From Spironucleus salmonicida (lineage: Eukaryota): a DNA stretch of 64,000 nt. The notes beneath the pieces are model-generated. The model was not told where the DNA came from. It did not search any database and saw nothing but the letters and a program-made list of their open reading frames with translations. Numbering within the stretch: position 1 is the first letter of the stretch; each line of letters begins with the position of its first letter. Below are positions 42,236 to 55,292 of the stretch, one piece after another. Location of the stretch: positions 1,561,797 through 1,625,796 of the forward strand of contig NC_090597.1 of NCBI RefSeq assembly GCF_000497125.1, written 5' to 3'. The translations under genes were made by a program, and so were the position numbers.

Positions 42236-43103
42236 ATGGATAGTCTAGATATTTCTTTTATTACTACAGAATCTTATCCTGAACTCTTGCCTTGTAAATT
42301 AGGTACATATATAGGAGTTACCGTTTAGATAGATAATGTATTCTAATAAATTCAATAATTGGAAGCAACGGCAGCTTCTTTTTTCTTACTCATAATTCTT
42401 AGTAAGTAAAAAAAAACAAAATTATGCGTGTTTTTATTAGCATGCTTTATTAAAAAAACTATTTACAAATTAATTCTTGCCACATGGGGCGTATATTATA
42501 AATTTAGCCTCAGACTATGATATAATTCGTGAAGCATCTTTTCGACGTCTTGTATTCGAAATGTTCGTGGTAAGGTCCATGGGATTGGATCTGCTCAATA
42601 TCCATCCTGGAACGGGGAGCAATATTGAGTGCGTGTGGGATCTGATCAACGAGGCGCATAAAATAGTTCCGGATGTCATAGTTGTGTTAGAGACCATGGC
42701 TGGGAACAAAGTTGGAAGCTGTGTAGGGAGCAGTTTTGAGCAGATTAAGAACATAATAGATCATATCAGCGATCAAAATAGGATCGGTGTCTGCATAGAT
42801 ACCTAGCACACATTTGCGGGAGGATATGCAAACAAAGACAATTTCTCAGTTGAGCTGATTCAAAATTTTGACAGACTTATAGGTAGATCGTACTTGAAAG
42901 GGTTCCACATAAATGACTCGCTGACTGAGTACAATTCTAAGGTCGATCGACATGCATCAATTAATGAAGGATATCATAAATAAGATGAATTTTAAAGTTT
43001 ATTTTGCTAAAATATTTTATCCGTATATTGCCTAGAAACTAGAAAACCAGAAAAATGGAAGTATGAAATAGCTCTTTTAATAAGTTATACAAAAAATATT
43101 TGA
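42236..43103 (+). pseudogene. Endonuclease IV copy B; 5' part out of frame (pseudogene or homopolymer sequencing error)
   Basis: ATG 42236 (MDSLDISF...YIGVTV...AASFF) is in a different frame from LPHGAYIINLAS onward. The break falls at the T6 (42379-42384) and A9 (42408-42416) runs; span is 868 nt. Confidence 0.75.
42531..42952 (+). repeat. 422-bp core, inverted near-identical copy of 12974-13395
   Basis: 421/422 identity; the flanks are diverged and AT-rich. Confidence 0.95.
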
Positions 43104-43179
43104 TTTAATCTCATATTTTTACTACATATTAAAAATTAAACTATAATAATTATTTTATATCTAATTTAAGTATCCCAAT

Positions 43180-43601
43180 ATGTTAGAAATGAATACAAAT
43201 TATAGGTTCAGATTTCGAGTAGAAAAAAGCCCATTAGATAAAGAATTTGAAAGATCACATGGCATAGTAAGTATCATAGAATCTTAAATTCATAATCTTA
43301 AAAAATAATAGCTCAAAGTAGACTTAAAAAAATAATATTAGTTATTACTCTAATCTACAGATTCTATTAACAAATAAAAGTCAATAACATAACTACCAGA
43401 TATTTTTGCTATTTTAACTGATAATAACTGTGAAAGTAGCACAGAGAATAGTTCTTCGTCTTCTATTTACGTTGACTCCATAAATTTGTCATAAATCCAA
43501 AAATTCAAGTCAAATTTAAATCAAATTCAAAGTTAAAGAATATTAAGGTATATGGTGCATATGAATAATTTAGATCTTCATGTACATAAATACAAAAATG
43601 A
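43180..43601 (+). CDS. Hypothetical Ser-rich protein; 3' end uncertain (possible frameshift)
   Basis: MLEMNTNYRFRFRVEKSPLDKEFERSHG... A plausible AATGA end at 43601 lies in another frame. Confidence 0.35.
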
Positions 43602-43619
43602 TTATCTAGCTACGAAATA

Positions 43620-44800
43620 TTACATCAAAATTATTCATCTAGTTGAATTTATTATTAGTCGAGTAACACTTTTTATTTTTTTATTTAGTAGTATTTACCA
43701 TTTATAAAACTCTATTATTTAGCAAGTAATTCTTAATTTTATATATATTTGGTTAAAGTGCAACAATCTAATTCTATTACTATAAAACAGATACTTATCA
43801 ATCATGTCTCATTTATTACAAAGCTATTATTTATATATTTTTCCCTTCAACTCCAGTTTATAACCGCTATATTTTAAAACTTTGTTCATTTTTTGTCCTA
43901 TTAACCTATTTAGTTTAATCTTCTCAATAATTCATACTATCCTTCTGGTTTTTATAGTAATTTTCAATATCTAATAATACATTTAATTTCTCTTAAATAC
44001 TAAAATTCTCTAATGCTAATATGGAATTTTTCCTTTTTATCAAAAGATAAGACTATCTTGTATCAATTCAGTGTTACAAATCTAGCATAATCTCAGTTCG
44101 TAATTGAATTTTCTGTATATTTTCACTTTACTATTATTTGAGGTGTTTTTTAAATTCCATATTAACCTCTGATATTTTTTAGTTTTGTTCGTTTAACAAA
44201 TTAACTTCAAATTTTAATTACAAAATTTATTTATAACTTGATAATATTGATTTATTTTTATCCTTAATGATATTTTCTATACTGTTAATATAATACAATA
44301 AATGCTGTTCTGTTTTAACTTGTTTTTCTCACACTAATTCCTACTTAATACTAATACATTCTTAATATAAACCTGATTTTTCTTATTTTTCGTTTACGAG
44401 TTATAACTAAAGTTGACGAATTTCTTCTTACTATACCAGTTTTAAATCTTACATTTATTTCAAACAATCATTCGTCTAATCATCAAATTATTTATTTAAA
44501 ATGCAATTTTAATTGTTCAAATCTATAAGTATAATATCTTTATTATCAATAAAATCTATTATTTTACTATCTTTGATTTAGACAATTCTTTACTGGTATA
44601 ATACTAAACATCACTTTTCAATTAAATAATTTATCCTTGTCTTAATCCTAATACCATTTAATTTTATTAACGTCCCGTTCATATTATACTTTCAAACTTA
44701 CTAGCTCATACTGATCCAGATCTATCTCCAACGAATATATTAAAATTTAATGCACTAGTAATTAAACTTAACAGATCAATGCATTAACAGAAAGTTGTGA
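43620..44800 (-). pseudogene. Disrupted coiled-coil gene (several frameshifts and in-frame TGAs); boundaries approximate
   Basis: Coiled-coil segments (SLKVQYERDVNKIKWYQDQ / IIQLKSDVQYY / LKQMQDLKLVQQEEIRQLQLQL) lie in successive frames joined at short A/T runs near 44630 and 44550. In-frame TGA at 44329. Confidence 0.45.
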
Positions 44801-45338
44801 TAAGTATATTTCAGATTGATTTTATTTTGTAGTCTAAACCTAACCATGATATTTATTAGACAATTACTTTAGTTATAAATGCATAGCACAATTTTGATTT
44901 TCTTATGAAAATTCAGATACATATTATGGAATGCCATGCTTGCTTCCATTACTTTGATAAATATACGACTATTAAATATATTTTACATAAACTGATTTTG
45001 TTGATAGCTTAGAAAAATAGTTGCATTAATGGGTTATACAGCAATTATCTATGGAATTTACTGGCTTGGATGACTAATTTGTGGAAAAGTATCTTAATTA
45101 CTAAACATATCTTATGGTGATAAATGTAACTTAATAGACGTCGAATTAGCATTAGAATTATTCTATTATTGGTTGATTCCATAAAATTTACAGATTCTAG
45201 ATAATATTTATGATTAAAGTTGGGATTTTTTAATTTCATAATAATTATACGTGGATTAACTATATAATAATATAACTATATTAATCTTTGAATTATTAAT
45301 ACTGATTATTATTTACTGTTTCTATATTTATATTTTAA

Positions 45339-46463
45339 ATGCTCTAATTAATTTTATCAGAGGTAATTAAAATCAACAAAGGAAATATTAATTTATTAAA
45401 GGGTGACAAACTATAATTAATATATTACTCTTAATTACATAAGTGCCAATTATGTCCCTAAATAGAAGTACTTCTAAATCACGTAAACTCTCCAATTCCT
45501 ATATATTTATATTAATGTCAAACGTAGGATAAATACTGTCAGCGATAATAGATAGGTGATAAGCCATAAATATTTTTATAGAGAGGTAATAAGCAGTTAG
45601 TATAGTTTAATCCATATTAAACTACTAAATAAGGGATAGAAACATATCTTGATTAAATAACGCAACCAATATTCCTTAACAATTCTAGTTCTGATATTTA
45701 TTTTGTATTAGAATCATAAAATAATCCTTCCAAATATTAGGACAACTTTTTATCAGTCAAGCATTTATCTGAGTTTGTGTTCATTAAGGCTGAGGCAACA
45801 AAATTTTATGCAATACGATAAGGTAAAAGAATCAATTTTAATAGTAAAATTTCTAATGTTGAATAGTTAGTTTAATTTGTAACTTCTAATTCAGTAGAAT
45901 TCTTTCCTCAGTTAAATAATGTAGGTATTGGGAAATTATATGAATCACACATTACATATTTTATCTATATTGGAAGATATATTAGGGATTATGACTAAAT
46001 TTAAGAAATTTAAGAATATATAAAAATTAATTATGAGTCTTTACCAGAAAATTTAACATTTGCATATTTAGATTTGTAAGAATATGCCATTTATACAGAA
46101 AAGTATGGTGTAAATAAAAGATATGATTAAGTTAATTTAATACTAACAAATTAATAAAATGAGATATTTTATAAAGAAATTGGTAGATTTAATATCATTG
46201 AATAACTGTAATCAATGGTTGATAGATTTGTTTAAAATAAAATAAGTTATTAAAATTTCATTGTTTCTAGCTAAAAATAAGTAAAAATTGCAATTGGATA
46301 ATCTTATACTCCACCAAGCGATTCTACTGGAGATAGATTGATGTAAGTTATGTATGATATTAAAAATTATGATTTGAAATTATGGTTAGGCATATTTGCT
46401 TCATGCTCTACTTTAATTTTTATTACAATACTAACTATTATTTCTATTTATAAATTTAATTGA
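45339..46463 (+). CDS. Type-I membrane thioredoxin/PDI-like protein (TMX-like), 374 aa
   Basis: Short signal MLQLILS, CQLC (CxxC) in a Trx-like fold, downstream b-type domains and a C-terminal TM LWLGIFASCSTLIFITILTIISIY. Confidence 0.65.
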
Positions 46464-46482
46464 GTGATAGAATTAATTTTAT

Positions 46483-47586
46483 TCATTAATTTTATTCTAC
46501 TTCAACTGCTTTCTAATCAACCTTATTTTACTATTCGTTTATATAAGCTTCTAAAATTTACAGCATTTTATCATCATCACAACAATACGCAGCACAAGTC
46601 AGACCCTATTAATCCACAAGATTTAATTCTAACGGTATCAACTTTAAAACAATATCATATCCATAATTCCAGCACATAACTGCGCTCATTAGTGCTGACT
46701 TACCTTATTTATCTTGCTTTGTAACCTCTTCATCAATTTCACAAAGAAATAATGCAATTTAAACATAACTCTTAATCAAACTATCATATGTTGATTCAGC
46801 AACCTAACCAACTCTAATTAAATTTGTGAAGTAACCTAAACACGCTAAAACCCGCATTAATGCTGTTTCGCCGTAACAAGGGCACTACATACCTTTTTCC
46901 TTATTAGCAAGCATCTAAACCATCTAAATATTTCCATTAACACCTGCTAACATCAAAGCACTCCATAATTTTGGTTAGTTATTCATTTTATCTAAAATAT
47001 CGCGACTTTTAATAATAACACCATCGTTCAAAAACTCCTATATTTTGCTGAAAACAGCCATCGGTCCAAATTCAACATTACTTGTATGTGGGAATTTTCC
47101 AGCCTCTAGTGGTATCAGTGCGGGTAATACATCAATGCTGTTTTGCTCCACGGCCATCAAAAGTGCCGTTTTACCGTTGATTTAGTGGTTAGCTTCTGAA
47201 TCTAAAATATCACACATTGCTGGAAGATTCCGGATCGCCGCTTACATAAGAGCCGTGAGTCCTGAAAAATCGCGTTCATTTGACTCAAATTTGACGAGAA
47301 TTTTAGCCGCATCAATATTATTAGCTTACACCGCATGCATCAACGCTGTCAGGCCATTTGAATCTGTTAGTTTAATTTCTGGTTCAGATTGGACTTCAAA
47401 TGTTGCTCTAAAGCCTTTAATTTATGGGGGTTGTTGGACAAGAATTTCAACCGCTTCGATAAAATTTAACTTGGCTGCAAGCATTAGTGCTGTCTAGTTA
47501 TAATCTCCTCTTTGCCCCATTTAGTCAAGATGCTAATGCACCTTTTTAATGTTTTGTTGTTTTACCGCTGTAATTAATGAACTCAT
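46483..47586 (-). CDS. Ankyrin-repeat protein (diplomonad protein 21.1-like), 367 aa
   Basis: Repeated TALMLAA, GLTALMHAV, GLTALMQAA, GKTALLMAV and GETALMR. Confidence 0.88.
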
Positions 47587-48754
47587 TTTTAACAATATAT
47601 TTATAATATATATAAAATAAGATTTTAATCAGTGATAAATATTTAATTATAATGATATTAACATCTAATAATATTAGTTATTCCCATTTATATTTATTTA
47701 TTAACTTGGTGATACTCATTTCTTACGTAATACGTAATAATATCCAAATCCAAATCATTGTTATTGTCTTTTTATCTCAAAATTGTTCAATAAAATTTAT
47801 AAAATTAAATTCATCTGACTATTATTTTTATAGTATTAAATATTACAGAATATTTAAAAGCAAGTTCGAATACTAGTACACCAATTTAAGTAATTATTCT
47901 AGTTTTATATATAAGAATCCCTAAAGGTAATCTTTATCAATTTTTAATTTTTTTGTTTTTGTTAGTTAAATAAGTTTTCTAACAATAATTATTATTATCT
48001 ATTAGGTCATGGAAGATAATTTTCTATCATAAAATAAACAAATTATAATGTTACACCAATTGATTCTTAAAATAAAAATTATAAAAATTTTATGATTTGT
48101 TAGACTAATTATTTTTAGTTGTACTCATATTTTTATACTATAATTAATTTTAGCTTTTAATTAAATAAACTCTATAAAATGACAATAAACCTATATCAAA
48201 GTTTTATGTTTTACATATTAGATATTATAAATCATTCGATCTAAAATTCTATATAGTAGTAAATTTTTCCATTTAAATATAAATAATTTACTTTCATATA
48301 ACATTAGAAATATTTATTATTATAAAATAGCTATTTTAAGAGTACCTTTTGAACTTGACTTATTTTACAATAATACAAGTATCAATAAAATATTATATAT
48401 TGTTTTAATGAGTAAAAATTTGACAATAAGAAGGTACATATAAATGAAATATTTAGGTTTATTTTTAAGAAAATTAATGCTAACAAACTATAATAACTGG
48501 CTCAAATGAATTATATTATCATTATATACCAAATACTTATAACAGCTTGTATTTTTAAACGCAGTTAAGTTAATTATGTTATATGTTAATAAATTAATAT
48601 TGTTTAGGTTGAGATTTTAGCTTAAATTGGCAGATAAATATTGTTTTGTTCAAATTTATCTTATCGATAATTAATTAAGTTCTAGTTTCATTATATATAA
48701 AATATTTGGTTGTAATAATATTATATAAATACATAAATTTTTTATTTTTATATA

Positions 48755-49765
48755 ATGGACGAAGAGTAAAATCTTACTGAGTAGCAACTTCATAATATTC
48801 TTAAAGGTAAGCTTTATCAGATAAAGCTACTAGCAACTTAGAATTATAAGCATCTGATAGAAATATTTTAATAAAGCTATTTAGAATATTAAATTTGTAA
48901 AGAAAGAAAATTAATGCAATCGAATGATATAATCTCATAAAAGCTTTCAATTCCAAATCCATTTGAATCAATTTACTTATCAGATTCAGACTTTTTGCAT
49001 AAAAAATTAGAATTATTTGCTTAAATTCTTAAAAATTATTTTATATAAATTAATACTATAGAGAATGAGTATATAAAAGAAGACTTATTATTACATGATT
49101 TACAAGGCATGCATATTCAACAAAAGAATGTATTAGAGAATTAAAATAATTAAATAGAACAATTAGCTCAATATGAATATTAAATTAATGATATCATTAG
49201 TTACGATCATATTAAGATTGAAAACTTGCTAGATATATTTGATAGGATAGATTCAATAATTATTTTTTATCATACTGTATTATTAATGACGGACTAGATA
49301 CGCGAAGTTATAGCTGACACATCGGTATTCGAGTTTGAGGTGCTTGATAGTACAAGATATTTAATATTGTAACAATAAAAACTAAACATAGTTGATCCTT
49401 ATAATGATTTAATTGACTATGTCAATCAGCAAAAGCAGACTATTTAATTTCTTATTTTGAATTGTGATTTAATAAATTAAAAATACTAAGTATTATAGTA
49501 AGACGTTATTAAAGTACAAAGAACTTAGAATGATTAAACGAAATAACTATAGATATCATATCTATCAAAAATTAAAGCTATTCATTCACGCCGTTTATCA
49601 TTGATTAAAAAAACATAAACATAATTGGTGACGTAGCCATATCTATGTATTTCTCCAAGAAATCTTCATCTAAGACATACGACACTGTTATCATTACCCT
49701 AAGAAGCAAAAATATCTAGAATCTAAAGAGAATTACGAACACCTCGAGCAATAAAAAGATAATGA
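48755..49765 (+). CDS. Hypothetical coiled-coil protein, 336 aa
   Basis: MDEEQNLTEQQLHNILKG...RTPRAIKRQ*. Confidence 0.7.
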
Positions 49766-49767
49766 TA

Positions 49768-50199
49768 TCACTTTCTATATTATCTGTATTTAGATAATCT
49801 TAAATTTATTAAGTCTGTATTTCGCTAAATTATATTAGACTAAGTATCTTTTATATTTGGATTTGGAATTGTTTAACTTTGACAGTGATCACTGTTAGAT
49901 GAACTTTATGATTAGTTAGCCAACTATTGATTGCTTAAATTTTATAAAGCTATAAAATTATCAACTTAATTTAATATTGATCCTTCTAATTGTTCACTAT
50001 TTTGCTGATAATTATTGAATGAATTATTTTATTAATTATAGTTTTTACTATAACTGTATTTTAAATTTTAAATTGTGTTACTTTTATGAAGCCTTATTTG
50101 ATCATTTTTGAGAATTATAGATTATCCATATATTAGTGATAGAACTTTATCCTCCTAAATTACCTCCTTATCAATTGGCTGCTAACTTACCCAACTCAT
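49768..50199 (-). CDS. Hypothetical protein, 143 aa
   Basis: MSWVSQQPIDKEVIQEDKVL...; no in-frame TGA until AAG TGA at 49768. Confidence 0.6.
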
Positions 50200-50438
50200 T
50201 TTATTACTATTTTTGGAATAATATAACTATTATCTTATATATTTAGTGTTGTAAAAACTATGAACAATTATAATAAGAATAATATTTTATAAATTTATTT
50301 ATATTTGTACGTATTTAGTAAGTCTACAATAATGAGAGTATTATAGCTTAATAAAAATATCGCAATAATTTACAAATATCAGCTACAACTCTTCACCAGA
50401 ATTTTAATTTAATACTCACTAAAATAATCAATATATCA

Positions 50439-53400
50439 TCACTCATCAACATCTATCCAATGCTTTTCTAATAATTGCTTCCTTTCTCCGGCCCAGCCGT
50501 AGAACCTTATTCCGAAGACGATACCATCAATACCAATAATATGTTAGGCTAAATCCCAAACATTAACATCTCTATCCAACAATTTCAGTCCACCATTAAC
50601 GATTTTTACCCCTTAACAATCTCTAATCTTTAGTGTAATACAACCACCTGCTATTTCAGGTTTCACATTTATAAGTGAGTGATCTCGCTCCATATTTGCA
50701 ACTTTTCTGTCTCCAAAAACCTCTACCATACAATTAAGTATGTTTAGTAAATTAGCAGTTGAAATGGCTTTTTAGCAATCTAGAATAAATTACTTACTGT
50801 TTTTATAAGTTGGCAGTATAACGCTTCGGTGCCCAAATGGCGTGACGTGATGCCCACCACATCTACATTAATTTTACCAGTGTACTATAGCACCTTCCTG
50901 TTGGCTTGATTTTTCTGTACTAGAGCATTTCTAGTATTTTTCATTGCAGAAAAAACGTGTTTCTGCAGACTCAAGGAAATACTTGAAAGATACAAATTTG
51001 ATAAGCTCAGAGTTGGAAGAAAAAAAGTAAGATTAGGAATACTGGCGGATAAATTATTTTTTAAGTGTAATTTATTAATTGTTAAACTCAAACTAATTGA
51101 CCAAATCGACTTCTAGTGAAGGGGAATCAAACTAAAGATTAAAAATACAGTCTTTGCATCCACCAAGATCTATAGTGAACTACCAACCGTTATTAGAGTT
51201 AATATTGAATCTCAAACTCTTACCATCGTATTTAGGTTCTTTTACTTCTTTGTTTATTAGACAAAAAATGGGGGTTTTGTCTTTAAATTTATAAATATTA
51301 TATAATCTTAACATATTGTTATAGATATATTTATTTTCACATAAAAACATTCCAGTCTAGTTTTATGTGTACATAAGCTCGACTTCTGAATCATAGGTTT
51401 CAAAAATATTATTGTTCAAAGAAAAAATCTCCGTTTATGAAGAAGTTTTTGAGACAGCATGTAAGAATGATGCCAATTACTTAATATTCGAATATTACTT
51501 TACTAATAATAATTAAATTGCCATTTAGCGGGCCGATTAAAACTAAAATAACTAGTTCATACTATTATGAAAATTATCAGCTTTGAATGAATATTTAAGT
51601 GGTCTTGAAAATGCGTAAGTTGGACATTTTAGGTTATTTATTACATTATTATGATATTATTTGTAGTACATTAATTATTCAATTTTTAAAAACTGATTTT
51701 TTAGATCCTGAGTTACGATTTTTGGCTTGTTGATATAGCTTTGAATTTATTTCTAAATTGCAAATGCAAGAAACTCCAATTTTGATGAAATTTATGTCTA
51801 ACAAAGTAAATTTTTCCCAGTAAACTAAATAAACAGTAAAATATCATCTTGCTGAGTTAATAATTCTAAAGAATTTGTTTGAATTAAATTGATCTGTGAA
51901 GAAAAATCCACTAGTTTATTTTATACTAGATAACGCCTTTCTTAGACTAAAGCATCAAAGTCTGGAGAGTCTAGAAGCTTTATTTATGTTTTTTAAGAAG
52001 GAAAATGAATTTAAAGGGTAGAAGTTAAGAAAATTGAAATTTAAGAATCTCTATTGACCAAGCAATACGCTTGGTAATACTTGTTAAACTCAGGTAATTT
52101 TTCAATATTTTGCAATAAAATATCCTTATTTAAAGCAACAGGAACCCATTTAACTAAGTTAAAATTTTATAGATAATCTACTAAATTATATGGTGAATAG
52201 AAACGTGTGTCAAATTTTTCTTGCTAGCTCTATTATTATTACTATTATTGACAGGGTATGGCAACAAAATTAAAATATACTGATTGCATTCTTTTGTTAA
52301 GAAGATCTTGCTGCAAAAGTAAATTTTAAATCAGATTTTAAATTAACAATACACTGCATTATAAATGTGAGTAAATAAAAAGTTGATTATATATGATATA
52401 AGTTTACTTAACTTAGTTAGAGTCAAAACTAAATGTAATTTTAATATTTTCATTGGATTGCTAAACTAATAATGTTATTTTAACCTACTAATTTTCTAAA
52501 ATGATAAATTCTTAATTTACAGAAAATAGGCTATATTCTTTAAATAATACCTAAAGAGGAGCTTAAATCTTATTTTTTGATAGATGAATAATCATGTGGT
52601 CGTTTTAATCATATTCTAAATAATAGTCATTTGCAATAGGTACACCATTATCATTAACATAGAATATTGCATGAATTTCGTCTAGTTCATTTTAATAAAA
52701 AAGGGCAGCATCATAAGAATTAATTGTTTCTCCTATGATATTTTCAAAAAATATCTTATATACAGTATCTTCTGGAATATTAATCAATATTTTATCGACA
52801 AAGGTTATAAGAATTAATACTTTTTTTAATTATTTAAAATCATTTAGTGCGAATTAGATTAGTTTTTCAATATCTAAATTTTCTTTATGCACTGACATTT
52901 TAATCAAACCACCATTAATAAGTGAATTAATGGTAGAATAATACGTATCACCTGTTAAAAGGTTACAAAGGTTAAAATTATTTTGATCTTTAACAAGTAA
53001 TTATAGTTATCGGAAAGTAAGAAATACTTAATTTTCTTTATTTGACTCATACACTTCTAGCTTATAGTCATTATTTACGTTATTTTAAAGAAAAACTTAA
53101 AGGTCTTATAAAAAGAAACTCCTCTATTTATTTGCTAAATCATTATAAACTTATGTAATAACATTTTCAGGATAAAATTATTCTTCTTAATATGATATTA
53201 AATATTTTCCACATTATAATGACCATGGATAATCATAATTTTGTTTAAATTCAAATATTAAATAATCTGAAGGGCCCTTACTTAATTTAAGGCTACTTAA
53301 AGCGATTCTAGATACACCTGTCTGAGTTTATTTTATATATTCTAAATTTGCAAAGTGATTACTTTCTGATGCAAAAACGCCACCATTTTCTTTTGCAATT

Positions 53401-54275
53401 TATCTGAGTTTCTATTTACCATTTTTATTAAATTTATAACAAATAGCATAAACTACTGTTTCCAAACGAAGCTTAATTTGATCTTCTGTCAATGCATTCT
53501 AAGTAGTAAAAATAAACATTTCTTCATTGATATTGGTTGGAATATTCACAGATGTGATTTTTGCAACCTATTTTTTGATAACACTCTAATAAATTCTATT
53601 TTTTATTTCTTGAAACAATTAATCATCTTCTCCATTTTTATCGCTTAAAGTAATTTGAACGCTTTCTGCAAAATTTTTAAGCCAATTTTCATTAGGAATT
53701 GCTCTCATCGGCTCAAAAAAGATTTTTATTTGATCAATTTCATTGAAATCGGCATACCAATAAATCTCTCCCTTAAACCCATCAATTTCGTAAAAAACAT
53801 TACATTTTTCAATCGCAATTCTACCAGCCTTCTCCTAGCGCATCAAGATTCGTCTGAGCTCCCACACTAGGTCTGTCACAATCCTCTCATTTATCTCGTT
53901 AATAAGCTCAGCAGGCTATGCTTGGAAATCTTAGCAAAAGTCGTACTCAGGATCAAAAAGTGCATCGAATTCGTTAAAAGGTGACATCGAAAACTTCCGT
54001 TCGATCTCAAGCTATTGCTTGGCAGTTTAGAGGGAACCAAGCCATGAATTTGCAAAAGAAGATATAGCCCCAAATTATGGATAAAGAGGAATAATGAATT
54101 TAAGGGTTTTCAATAGAGAAAATGTCTTATAAGAAATTATGCAGCCTAGATCGAAATTTTAAAGATTAAATTAATTTATTATCTTATAAAGAGAAAAACG
54201 ACACATATCAACAAGTTTCTTAGGGGAATTGATCTGTTCGTTTAGTGGTTCAGTTTGGTTGATATTGATCTCCAT
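50439..54275 (-). CDS. Large hypothetical protein, about 1278 aa, possible VWA-like domain
   Basis: One frame from MEININQTEPL to HWIDVDE* (AGTGA) in the lines checked. TVVYAICY...KLRQIAKENGGVF resembles the C-terminus of a VWA domain. Confidence 0.6.
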
Positions 54276-54454
54276 TTTAATGAAGAATAACATATATATA
54301 ATAATGATATTTATCGAAATTAAATTTTAATAAGTAAAAAAAAGAAATAAGTATAAATTTTAAAAGCCCTGAAAATATATATTAATTTATGTAAAAATTG
54401 TATCGTCACATCACGTAAAAATACGACATAAATCAAGTTCTAAAAGGGTATAAA

Positions 54455-54964
54455 ATGAGTCAGATCATTTTTAGTTCAGTTGTTACTTTAGGGACAAGAT
54501 ACTATTATAAAAATAGTATGCCTAAATACTCTGCTGATAATAACACGGATATTAAAAGAAATATATCTCAGCATAAATAACTGTTAACAGAGAGGACGTA
54601 TCCACCATTCGAGTAAGCTGTTTAAAGAAGATGTCCTTAATATTTATAAGATAGACTCTAAAAGTTTAGAAGAAACTATAAAATAGCATTAACAAATTTT
54701 AATAAAAGTAGTTTAAAAACTGACCCAGTATTGAATAAGCTTAAGATAGATACAAAGTTGTACAAAGAAGTCTAATGGTAAATATTTGATTTAATGAGAA
54801 CTAATATATTAGGATATGAAATTGTTGATTATAGATATGCAAGCAAAGATTTCGTTACTCGTTTTAATGAACGATTAATGGATAGTATAGAAGGACAAAA
54901 ATTAATACTATGTGAATAACGTCATTATGATGTATTGAATACTACTGGTAATTTTATTAAGTGA
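54455..54964 (+). CDS. Hypothetical protein, 169 aa
   Basis: MSQIIFSSVVTLGTRYYY..., ending AAG TGA. Confidence 0.7.
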
Positions 54965-55292
54965 GATGTTTTGTTGATCGTAAATTATCTATCATTAAGA
55001 ATAAATTCTAGAAATAATATGTTGTATTCATTCAGTTTATTAATTTCTAAACTGGATTGGATTTTTAATGTGTGAAATATATAAAATTATAAATTTTATC
55101 ATAACAGAGATCATTAGGATTCTGTAAACTTAATTGTTTTAGTTATCAAATAGAAATTCTGCTTATAATAAATAAACTTATTTCGTGCGACTAAATTATT
55201 AATATACAAATTTTTAAGATAGAATTATGTCCATTAGATCAAATATAACTTATAATAATTTATTATATTGATATTGATATTATTTTCTAAAA

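Noticed and set aside
42379-44640. Euplotes-type programmed ribosomal frameshifting
   Set aside because: The breaks are local, look like single-base losses in homopolymers and co-occur with in-frame TGAs. Error or decay is simpler.
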